In this document: in pieces, positions 1 through 10,737 of the stretch | Layout: each line of letters begins with the position of its first letter | Position numbering within the stretch: the first letter of the stretch is position 1 | Assembly: GCF_036365525.1 (NCBI RefSeq) | Contig: NC_090374.1 | Span: forward strand, 101,085,682-101,149,681 | From: Heterodontus francisci | Taxonomy: Eukaryota | Reading direction: 5' to 3' | Length of the DNA: 64,000 nt | Notes under the pieces: model-generated | The model's input: only the letters and a program-made list of their open reading frames with translations | What the model was told of the DNA's origin: nothing | Databases searched by the model: none | Program-made: the position numbers and the translations under genes

Positions 1-790
1 ACATTGTGCAATCATCAGCGAACATCCCCACTTCTGACCATACGATTGAAGGAAGGTCATTGATGAAGCAGCTGAAGATGGTTGGACCTAGGACACTACC
101 GTGAGGAACTCCTGCAGTGATGTCCTGGAGCTCAGATGATTGACCTCCAAAAACCACAACCATCTTCATTTGCGCTAGGTATGACTCCAACCAAAGGAGG
201 GTTTCCCCCAATTCCCATTGACCTCAGTTTTGCTAGAGCTCCTTGATGCCATACTCGGTCAAATGCTGCCTTGATGTCAAGGGCAGTCACTCTCACCTCA
301 CCTTACCTTATAATGGAAGGAAAGTCAATAATAAATCAACTGAAAATGGTTGGGCCAAGGACACTAGCCTGAGGAACTCCAGCTGCCATGTCCTGGTGCT
401 AAGACGAATGCCCTCCAACAACTGCAACCATCTTTCTTTGTGCAAGGTGCGACTCCAGTCAATAAAGAGTTTTCTTCCAATTCCCATTCACAGCAATTTT
501 ACAACGGCTCCTTGATTTCAAGGGATGTCACTCTCACTTCTGGAATTCAGCTCTTTTGTCCATGTTTGGTCCAAGGCTGTAATGACGTCTGGAGCTGAGT
601 GGCCCTGGCATAACCCAAACTGAACATCAGCGAGCAGGTTTTTTGTGAGTAAGTGTTGCTTGATAACACAGTTGATAACCTCTTCGATCACTTTGAAGAC
701 AAGAGTAGGTTGATGGGCGGTAATTGACCAGATTGAATTTGTCCTGCACTTTGTGGACAGAATATACCCAGGCAATTTTCCACTTATTAA
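1..790 (-). mobile_element. Two adjacent RT fragments of the single-ORF CR1/L2-group LINE family also seen at 10738-13943
   Basis: Nucleotide similarity to 11600-12120 (e.g. caatcatcagcgaacatccccacttctgacc) and RT motif DVQFGLCQGHSAPDVITALDQTW. Confidence 0.8.
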
Positions 791-1154
791 TGCATCACCC
801 TGCTGGTTTGGTAAACTGGCTCCACAAACTAAAAAAAAAAGGGTTCAACCTCCAATCCCAGAATCTCAATGTTGTAGGTTTTAACAGTTCCTATTCTCTT
901 CTTCCCTAACAAAACAATGTCATGCAGCAGAAATGGCTTTAGAATTGTTGTCAGTTAGTCTTCAAAATGGAACCAGTGGTGTGACTGAATGCTGGGAAAG
1001 TAAAGAGCTAATTGCTAATTAAACCACAAATGGTTAAGCTAACTGGTGAGTTTATGACTTTTTTGCCTGATTTATTCAATAATTATCAAAAAAAAAGGTT
1101 AATTAATTCACTCAGTAGCTTTGTGGATGCTGATGGGAGTTTTGTAGTATAACT

Positions 1155-1575
1155 ACAACAACTTACATTTATATAGCATTTTTAACATAGTAAATCATTG
1201 CAAAATGCTTCACAGCAGCATTATATAAAAAAAAAAATCTGACAATGAGCCATGTAAGGAAATATTAATGCCAGTGACCAAAAGTTTAGTCAAAGTGGTT
1301 GGTTTTAAGGAGTCTTAAATGGAGCAGAGAGGAGGGGTTTAGGGAGGGAATTCCATACCTCAGGGCCTAGGCAACTGAAGACACAGCTACCAATGGTGAA
1401 AAGATGAAATTGGGGATGTGCAAGAGGCCAGAATTAGAGGAGCAGAGATGCTGGAGGATGTAGGACTGGGTTAGTTTAGAGATAGGAAGACCATAGAGGA
1501 ATTTGAAAACAAGAATGAAAACAGAGAACTTGAAAGATACTGAATGTAGATCAATGAGCACAGGATTGGTGGGTG
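1155..1575 (-). mobile_element. L2 LINE 3' fragment
   Basis: Typical L2 tail (acaacaacttacatttatatagc...gcttcacag), with sequence shared with 7255-7900 and 41920-42400. Confidence 0.75.
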
Positions 1576-1579
1576 AAAG

Positions 1580-2233
1580 AAATGGCAGCCTGCACACCGC
1601 CAAAATCTTGAGCGTGGCGGCTCATTTAAGTATGCAGGGCGGTTGCACCCCACCACCCCCCCCCACCCCCACCCAATCCTGTGGCTTTTAAAGGGCTGCC
1701 AACCCTGCTCAGAAACTGCCGAGTTGAACCCCGTACACACCTCTCCCAACTACACCGAAAGTAAACGTTGGCCCAGTTCCACCACCCCAGCTCACTGAAA
1801 TTGAAATGTTGACCCCTCCCCCCGCCACCTAACTGAACAAAGTGCAGAGATTACTTCTTCCCCACCCCGCCACACTACAAATGCAAAGATGACCTCGTTA
1901 ACCACCCACCCCAACTACACTGAAAACCCCGAGATCCCCTTTCCCCATCTAGGTGGCACCAGCTTTCCCTGGACAGGAAAATGAAAGTGTGCAAGTGCCG
2001 CCCGTTGCATGGAAGATCCGGATCTGACTGTAGGAACTGTATTCAGAGTTTATTTAAATATTTAAAGTCGGGTCCCATCACCACGCGGCAAAGGGGCCAC
2101 CATGGAGCCTTGCCGTCACCAGGAAGATAAAGCCTGGCAATCCTGGTGTTGGGCCACTGCTGTTCCAATCGTCTGGCACCCCCCCCCCCCCCACCCACGG
2201 AGGCCAACATGAGAGATGAACAAAATTCAATCC
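1580..2233. mobile_element. GC-rich non-autonomous DNA transposon remnant (MITE-like)
   Basis: GC/C-run-rich block ending caaaattcaatcc, resembling the termini of the MITE at 27257-28011. The other terminus was not found. Confidence 0.35.
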
Positions 2234-2343
2234 TTAATGTGAGTTTGGGTATAGGCAGCAGAGCTAATAACATAATTTTCCTAATCTAAGAAGCATTTTC
2301 CCTAAAATTTTACCTAGAAGTTAGAATGTGTATTATACATGGT

Positions 2344-2843
2344 ATATCAAATCAAAATGGGTTTTTTAATGGCAACCTGTCAACCACATCTTCTCTGAAC
2401 ACGTTGTGAATGATTATGCATTCCTACCAGAAATGGTGCATTTCCATGGTAATTCTTTTAAATTCTTCCCGTTTCTAAAGGCATAAATGAGAATCGGCTC
2501 CAATTCCAAGTGTACTTGGAGGGGAAGCCTACAAACTCCTCGCATATGGACCTACCGCCCCAAGTTAGCCTGTGCAAATGATGCACCTGTGAGTGAACTA
2601 TGAAGGGCCTGTCAGATGATTCATTGCTGCCCTGAGAAACTTGTATACGTGCAACATGCTTTGTTCGATCCATCAATCGATAATCAGCTCGTTCCGTCTA
2701 TTTGAGTATCACACATTTTATGTGGGCTGGGAGCCGGCTGCTCAGCAAACTAGGGCGAGAACAGACCCTTCAACTTAGTCAGGTTTGCCCACTACATTTG
2801 TCAAAGGAGGATCGCTTTGACCGCACTATTGCAGAAGTCTAGT
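2344..2843 (+). mobile_element. Unclassified 500-bp insertion with 17-bp TSD, 3' hairpin and CTAGT end (Helitron/Helentron-like?)
   Basis: tgtgtattatacatggt occurs at 2327-2343 and 2844-2860. Hairpin gtcaaag-N8-ctttgac at about 2800-2821, followed by ...agtctagt. Confidence 0.55.
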
Positions 2844-3140
2844 TGTGTATTATACATGGTGATTAAGCAAATTTGACTCAGTTCATGAAAAATCAGTGTG
2901 CATATTATATTGGTTGCATATTATATTCAGAAAATTACAGTAATCCAAATTGGTTATTGCAAGTCCGTTCATCAAGACAAATTTAGGCATCAGTAACTCT
3001 TGGGCATAGCAAATTTCAGACGGTTCTTGACAAGGAGGCAAGGTGTTATGGATTCATCTGGGGCTCTTCATGAAGACTCTTGCCAGGGAATAAATGAGTT
3101 ATTTCCTTGGTACACTGTTCATGCACTAAAAGACCTATAA

Positions 3141-3266
3141 TAAAAGCAAAAACTGTGGATGCTGGAAATCTGAAATAAAAATATTAAGTGCTGGAAATAC
3201 TCAGCAGGTCTGGCAGCATCTGTGGAGAGAAGCAGAATTAACATTTCAGGTCAATGACCTTTCATC
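3141..3266 (-). mobile_element. Short Penelope-derived terminal repeat with hammerhead-like core
   Basis: TSD agacctataa at 3131-3140 and 3267-3276. The minus strand reads ctgatga-a-aggtcattgacct-gaaatgttaa. Confidence 0.75.
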
Positions 3267-3989
3267 AGACCTATAAGTTACCTATCTCTCTACCGCTGCA
3301 CCACGACAATTCAGCAGGAGGCAGTCTTGCAAAAGGCTATGTTAATTTACAGTATTCAAATAATTGCATTTTCCAGGACAAACAGAATGAACAGAATCCC
3401 AATTTTGAAATGCAATTTCATTATTAGGAGTATTGAAAAACTGTCCATAAGATATTGACAACACAGCGACGGGAAATGATTCTCTCAAAACTTGAGAAGC
3501 CATTTTTTGAAAGGAAATGCTGAAGCTGAAACTAAGATGACTTTGTTGTTTTTCCAGGAAACAAGGCAACTAATGAACTTACTGTAAACAAAATGAAAAT
3601 GCGCACATTATTTCAGAATATCGATTTAACAAAATAAGTCTGATCTTTCAGTTCTGTTTTCTTAGGTGTCAAGATATAGAAATGTGAAGTTGAACAATGT
3701 ATAACTAACATTGAGTGCGGTTCTATCTTGCGTCACACATTTTAGAAGGAAAATGCTCTGCTCATGCAAGCCCTAGATTTTGCATTTATCATCTCAAATT
3801 GAAAGTAATTTTTACACAATGAATACTTAAATCACAATGCAGGAATTGGTACGTTCAGTGATTTGAAAGCTTAGTTCTACATTTCATTTGCTTTACCTTA
3901 TGAGCGAATAAAAACAAACGTTGCACAGGGCACTTGAGTGCAAATCTGAAATTGGTCATGCCTCAAAAACATGAAAGGCATTATATAAA

Positions 3990-4776
3990 CTAAGTGACTT
4001 CTGACATCAAGGCAGCCTGCTGACGTCATCAGAGCGCTCCAAGCTGTGCAATGCACAAACTGTCTGCTGCGCAGCCTACGTCTTGCCTTTCCAGGACTAA
4101 CTGGCGCATACGCAGGAAAACACTAACTGGCGCATGTGCAGAAAACGCTCTCTCCACCCCCAACCACTCCGGCCGTTCTCTTGCCCCCAGCCCCCGCTCG
4201 CTCCCCGCTGCCCCCTCCTGCTCTCCAGCCGCTCACTCCCTGCTTCCCCCCCCCCCACCCCAGACGCTACCTCTAAGACGCGGGCCATTTCCCTCCGCTC
4301 GGCCACATGCTCCACACAAAGAAGCGGAGCAGGCCATGAGGGGTGACAGGGTGATGTTGGAGTGAGTGGCTAAGAGGAGGGAAGCAGCACCACTTGCGGC
4401 CTAGAGCTAGCTAGCCAGGAGGGATGGGCAGTGGGGAAGCGAGGAGCGAGCAGCCGGAGAGCGGGATTGGGGGCGGGAAGTGAGTAGCCGGAGAGCGAGA
4501 TGGCAAACCTCACAGAATTACGGAGGGAGTGCAGCACTGTCAGAGGTGCTTTCCTTCTGATGAGACTTTAAACAGTGCAATGTTCTCAAAGTATCCAACA
4601 TGCCCATTGTGTGCTGCCATGGGTTGAAGTTGTTTTTCTGTGATAGGTTGAGCAGCGCCATCTTTAATCCTGGCAGCTGCCTGATCACAGACAGTGACAT
4701 TTAAGCCGATGAGGATGCACTTGTGCATGTGCTAGTACAGTGCCACCTAGTGGTTGCATTGTCAACAAACGCAGCC
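3990..4776 (-). mobile_element. Unclassified CpG-rich non-autonomous element with 9-bp TSD
   Basis: ttatataaa at 3981-3989 and 4777-4785 splits a SINE/L2-type tail (tgaaaggcattatataaatgc). Imperfect subterminal inverted repeat aaggcagcct/acgcagcctt. Confidence 0.6.
4741..4754 (-). promoter_or_regulatory. CTCF consensus-like site inside the 3990-4776 element
   Basis: The minus strand reads ACCACTAGGTGGCA, a close match to the CTCF core motif. Sequence match only. Confidence 0.45.
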
Positions 4777-4809
4777 TTATATAAATGCGATGATGTGGCA
4801 CTACAGTCA

Positions 4810-5570
4810 TCAAGCCCCTGTAATCAACATCTCGTCACCATTGACCAGTTTAACTGGATCAACCAGAAGAAGTAATTAAAAGGCTGAGATGAGTGACTCA
4901 CCACCTGAAAGCCACTCCACCAGCTAAAAGGCTCAAGTCAAGATTGTGATGGAAGACTTGACTGTCTGTTTGGCACAGATGTAACAACGCTCAAGGACTT
5001 CATAAATAAAAACAGAAAATACTGGAAATACTCAAGATCTGAAACGTTAACTCTGCTTCTCTCTCCACAGATGGTGCCAGGCCTGCTGAGTATTTCCAGT
5101 ATTTTATGTTTTTATTTCAGATTTCCAGCAGTATTTTGTTTTTACTCAAGAAATTCATCATGATCCACGACAGAGCAGTTCATTTGATTGGTGCCCCATC
5201 ACTAAACTCAGTAGCCATCTCTTTTTCACTGTCAGTACACTAACTGCAGTACATTCCATCGACAACGTACATTGCAACATCTCACCAAGCTCACTTCAAC
5301 AGCACCTCCCAGACGTGTGACCGCCACCACAGCAAAAGAGCATCATCAGAGTTATGGAAACACGATCTCAAAGACCTTCTGCAAGTCATGCACCATCCTG
5401 ATTTGGACATAGATTGTTATTCCTCTATTGCTGTTTCATGACCCTGGAAATCCCTACTCAAAATCAGCAAGAATTATAGTGATTTACAAAAGGCCCACCA
5501 CCACCACCTACAGGAGAATGACGGATGTGCAAAAACTGCCACCTTGACAGCAGTGTCCAATTGGCAATAC
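4810..5570 (+). mobile_element. Degraded 3' fragment of the single-ORF LINE family, interrupted at about 5000-5145 by a palindromic Penelope-derived short repeat
   Basis: Similar to 49450-50090 (e.g. aaggctcaagtcaagattgtgatggaa). The insert reads gaaacgttaactctgcttctctctccacagatg. Confidence 0.6.
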
Positions 5571-5747
5571 AAAAACTTTGACAAATCTTTCTTTTAAAGT
5601 ATCAAATTTTATTATAACGTTACACTGCATTTGAAGTAAAAAGGTTATACCATGTTCATTAAGCAGCCAGAAAGGTTTCAACTAAAACCAAGGTTAAATT
5701 ATTTTGCAGCCTTGGGGATTCTAAAAATAAATTTTAAACAGAATTAC

Positions 5748-5840
5748 CTCTATTTCACCATTAGCCAGCTGTCGTTCTCTTTTTTCCAAATCTGCCAATG
5801 TTTTTTGTAGTCGCTCCTCAAGTACAGCATATTCAAGCAC
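5748..5840 (-). CDS. CEP120: CEP120 exon, coiled coil, 93 nt, phase 0 to 0
   Basis: Acceptor taacag| and donor GAG|gtaatt. Translates VLEYAVLEERLQKTLADLEKRERQLANGEIE, against human [31 protein letters not shown]. Confidence 0.95.
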
Positions 5841-7972
5841 CTGTTATTAATGATAAAAAAAATACAAATGTGAAGTTCCTTTCCATAACACTATATGCAA
5901 TTAGCAAAATACACTAATGAATCTTACAAATCCTATCTAGACAAGTGATTCTCCACGTTTAAACTTCCTCCCTAAAGAGAAAAGCCTCATTTACCATTAT
6001 CTATTACAGCAATATACTTCACCATAATCCAAACAAAGCAATGTCGAGTGAGGAAAAAAAAACTGTACCAGTGTTGAGATCTGTTAAAAAGGGGCAGACT
6101 TGTTGATCTTGATAAATGTTCCCATTTTTAGCTTTCTCATTACTAGGACTTGTTACCTGTCTAACACCTTTTTCTACAAGTTGTTTTAAATTACACCAAT
6201 TAGGTACTTACACCATGCCTCTGTAATGCTGGAAAGGAATTTCAGGTGTTAAGAATATTTTTAAAAAGATCCACTGATACTTTCAAGCATTTTATAAAGT
6301 TAAGCAGGGCTTATTTAAAAATATTCTAAGTGTAGATGCACCTGGCCAGGGTCTCAAGTGATTTGCAATATACTGGCCAAAGCTGAGCTCTGCACACATG
6401 GAATGCCACAACTCTGCCTATAATTAATAATGACATATGTTCAGAGCAGCACCAGCATAAACCTCAATATCCAAGCATGTCTGAAAGAAATGCTGACTGG
6501 TCTGCTATGTATTTCCAATGTTATTTGTTTTCAATTTCAGACTTTGAACATTTTTACTTTTTACTTCTAGCACAAATTAGTTAAAATGAGTGCTATTGCA
6601 GGTCATTTAACTGCATAAATAAAAGCAAAATGTAAGGCAGCTTTGGATCAACTGACCAAATATCAGTATTAAACAGGTTTAAGCTGTTTAGCAGATTATC
6701 ACCATTTTGCCAGAGAGACAAACAATGAACAACACTGTGTTGAATTAAGTTAAAATGCATTGTTCCAAGTATGTTGCTGCTTAAACTGCACGAAATTTCA
6801 AAGCAGTCTTCTTTTAATGATAGACACTACTGTGCCTTCCCTCTTAATCGGATTCTTAGAAGCAGCAGCAAGAGCTTCTGCTGCACTGGAAATCATGGAA
6901 GCACTCCTATGTCTGTTTCTGCACTCTTTAGCGTCTTTTCCACTAGTATAGACTCCTATTTCGGATTTATTCCCCAAAATGTACAGCCTTCCACTTATTG
7001 ACATTAGATTGCAGCTGCCATCTGTCTGCCCATTTCCCTAAACTATGCATCCCTTCCTGATTTTTTATTATCGTCAAACTTCTTTTCTGTTGTCAACAAA
7101 TTTCAAGATGGTGTTCAAATATGCAAGCCCAAATTATGTATATATACACGAAGAACAAAAGTGCAGCCAACACCTAGCCTTGAGGTACACTACTTCCAAC
7201 TCTTGGCTTGTGTATACATTTCCTCTAACTCGGTTTCATCATAAACATCAATTTTTATTTATATAGCGCCTTTGATGTAGTAAAACATCCCAAGGCAATT
7301 CACAGGAATGTTATCAACCAAATGTTGACACTCTGCCACATATGATATTACAGCAGATGAACAAAAGTTTTGTCAAAAGGGAGGTTTTAAGGAGCATCTT
7401 GGAGGAGAAAAGAGAAGTAGAGGCACGGAGAGGTTTACCGAGGGAATTCCAAAGCCTAGGGCCTTGGCACTGAAGACATGACCATCAACGGTATAGTGAT
7501 AAAAATCAGGGATGCTTAAGAAGCCATAACTGGAGGAGCACAAATATCTGAGGACTATACAGCTGGAGGTTACAGAGCTGGGGAGGGGTGAGGTGTTGAA
7601 GGGATTTGAAATCAAGGATGAAAATTTTAAAACTGAGGCGTGCTTAACCAAGAGCAACAAAGGACTTAGTACAAGTTAGGTCGCTGACAGCAGAGTTTTG
7701 GATGAGCTCAAGTTTAAAGGGTGGGATGGTAAGTCGATCAGGGCAGCATTGGAATAGTGAAGCCTAGAGGTAACAAAGGCACGGATGAGGGTTTCAAGAG
7801 CAGATGAGCTGAGGCAAGTGTGAAGTCAGTCGATTTTAGGGAGGTGGAAATAGGTGGTCATGATGGCACAAATATGTGGTCAGAAGCTCATCTCAAATAC
7901 AACACCAAGGTTGCAAACTGGCTGGTTCAGCTTCAGATAACAGCCAGGCAGGCAGATGGAGTTGGTGGCAAG

Positions 7973-8850
7973 TGTCATCCCCAGTAAAGACATATATTGC
8001 TGCTTTTAAGATATGAACTTTATTCAATGCAGACTCTTTGTCCACTTCTTAAAAGAAGTCAATTTCAATGTGCTGCAAAATGGCCAAAGATCAGATGACC
8101 TGACCTGTGTATTCAAACTGTCTCACTGTCTCAAAAGGACAAAAGGATGCATTCCAGACTAAGAGGTGTCGACTACACCCACCCTGGAACCATCAAGAGA
8201 CATTCCCAAATTGAATGGTTTTCTTCTGCGACAAAGAAGTTGTGAAGCAGACACATCCTAACAGAATGGTACCCAAACATCCTGGTCCATTGTGTGGTCA
8301 GACCAGAGGAGAAGGCTATGTGGCAATGAACAGAAACTCTAATTTGATGGATTTTGACCTTAAAAGGTCTGGACAGAGGAGGAGGGAGAGATCAGAGCCA
8401 CATCACAGAAGGCAGTCCAGCTGAAAACTGTAAGTGACCGCCATCGCCTGTCCGAAATCTTAACTACCAGAATCTACAACACCAAGAAGTTCAAGAGTAC
8501 AAACACCCAGGCCGGCACATTTAAAAGAGACTGTCCTACTTAGGAGATTCAACAGGTTTACCGTAAACCACGAACATTTACAACAACTTGAACTCTTACC
8601 CTTTACCTTCTATCTTCTCTTGAGTGCATGAGTGAATGCGTGCATGAGTGGTGTTGCCAACATTTTGGGGACTGAATATTGTTCAATAAATAGTTCATCT
8701 TCTGTTTTAAACATATAGAAAACCTGCCACTGTTAAGTGGCAAGTAAAATACTCAGGGGCTAACTCATCATTTTAAACAAAACACGATTGCAGTCAGTTG
8801 GGAGGTGAACAGTAGGAACTTCCAACATCTCTTACCATCTGTCCATAACA
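7973..8850 (+). mobile_element. Solo LTR (TG...CA), 878 bp
   Basis: Begins tgtcat, ends cataaca, 4-bp TSD caag/cgag, AATAAA near 8686. Interrupts L2. Confidence 0.75.
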
Positions 8851-9409
8851 CGAGGGGAATGGAATTTGTGGTGGAGATCAAAGACATTGACTTTGGTGGT
8901 CTTCCCAATATTTCTTTGGAGGATATTTCTGCTCATTCAGTATGAGATGTTGGACAAGCGGTCTGATAATTTAGAAATGAAGGGATCAAGAAAAGTGGTA
9001 GTGAGGTAGAGCTGTGTGTCACCAGCATACAGTGGAAACTGTTTTCGAATGAAGCTGGCAGAAAGGGGGTGATGGGGAGCATGTTGATGAGAAACAAGAG
9101 AGAGTCAAGGAGAGACTTTGGTGGATACTAGAGTCAATGGTGCAGGAGCAGGAACAGAAGTCATTGCAGGTAATTCACCGACTACCACTGGACAGATAAG
9201 AATGGAACTAGGCAAGTGTAGTCCCACCCAGCTTGACGACAGAAGGACATTGGAGGAATATGGTGCAGTCAACCATGTGAAAGACTGTAGACAGGTCAAG
9301 GAGGACGAAAAGAATTAGTTTAAAACTAGCACAGCCACAGAGAATGTCTCCTGTGAATTTGATAAGAAACCTGATTGGAGGGATTCAAACATGGAGTTTC
9401 AGGAAAGAT

Positions 9410-10385
9410 GGTCATAGTCCTGTAGCTTTTTTTTTCTGGGAATATGCGGTTTGCCTTTAAGGCTTGCCAAGGATCAGCATTGCTTTAAGAACCGGCAAGC
9501 CTCAGGAGTTATAGAAAGGTGCATTTTTGGTTGCCGTTAGAAATGGCTATTTGGAGACTGCGATTCAAAGGGTGCATTCTCGTTACCATAGATACAGCCA
9601 CTGGGAGTGAATCTCCTGCAATACATTTGTTACAATTAAGTTTTGAACTGGATTTTAGTTGAAGACAGTTTGTTCTAACAGACAGAGACATCCACACACA
9701 GCTGGTGTTAGCATCTGGAAAAGAGCTTGCAACCATTTAAACTGAAAGAATAGGATTTTTGTCTGTTTAATTATTATCTCAAAATTCTAAAACATTAAGG
9801 CAAAACAGAGATCTCTGGTAATTTCAAGTGAAGGGAGGGAGTTAGACTGTGACAATCTTTTATCCCTCAAAAACTCTGAAGTCAGATTGATTATCTTTTA
9901 AGTGTTTGCAAGTCATTAATTGTTGAAATCCGCTGGAGAAGGAAAGCAACATTGTGAGGACCTCAAGCAACATTGGACTGCAAATTTGCAAAGACTCTAA
10001 TTTTTATTTTAAATGTTGTTTATATCTTCAGAGTGTTGAAGAATTTAGCTCTTCTAGTTCAACAGTTAATTTGTTGATTTAAAAAGACAACTGGTTTGGT
10101 TAGCCTCATTCAGGGGTTAAGGGGGGAGTTACTCACCGCAGGATTCCCAGCCTCTAACCTGGTCTTGCAGCTACAGTATTTATTGTGGCTGGTCCAGTTA
10201 AGTCTCTGGTCAATGGCGACCCAGAGGCTATCGATGGTGCTGCATTTCTTCAATTTGGAAAGTTTTAAATGATATGTCAGGTGATCTGTGGAGGTATGGG
10301 ATTGAATTATCAGTGCGTTTCTCCCATCACAATCAGAATCGTATATTTTGATTAGGGGCTTTGACAGGAGCGGTCGATCGTAACA
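9410..10385 (+). mobile_element. Solo LTR, second family (copy 1), with a LINE fragment at about 10120-10240
   Basis: TSD agat at 9406-9409 and 10386-10389, ends gtaaca, collinear similarity to 16235-17086. Confidence 0.78.
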
Positions 10386-10737
10386 AGATGGACATGGATT
10401 TGGGAGATGACAACAGATTCAAAGACTTGAGAGGAAAGGGAGGTGATGGGGCTGTAGTTTGCAAGGACAAATGGGTCAAGGATTGTTCTTCTGCGGTGGG
10501 GGTGATGATGGCAGATTTTCAATGAACGTTCAATCCTTGCAACGACCCATCTTTCTACATCATACGCCTGCTTATTCCTACAACTTACACTATCAAAAAT
10601 TGTCCATAAACACCACATGCATTCCCTTTATCCAAACAATCACTTTTTCAAAAAAATCTATTAAGTTTGTCAAGCACAACTTGCCTTCAAAAAAAAAAGC
10701 AAAATACTGCAGATGCTGGAAATCAAATAAAAACAAA

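Larger units (their letters stand above)
7255..10545 (-). mobile_element. L2 LINE, interrupted by two solo LTRs
   Basis: L2 tail at 7255. Antisense RT motifs (LDLSTVFHMVDCT; VSIVPQVSP region). The host sequence resumes exactly after each LTR. Confidence 0.8.

Noticed and set aside
3990-4776. CpG-island promoter of a separate gene
   Set aside because: It is bounded by a TSD within a repeat tail, and no exon or credible ORF was found nearby. Kept only as a mobile cassette.
6760-7004. Three overlapping short ORFs
   Set aside because: The region looks like an old antisense CR1 remnant (ccccaaaatgtac...ctgccatctgtctgccc) and has no recognisable protein.
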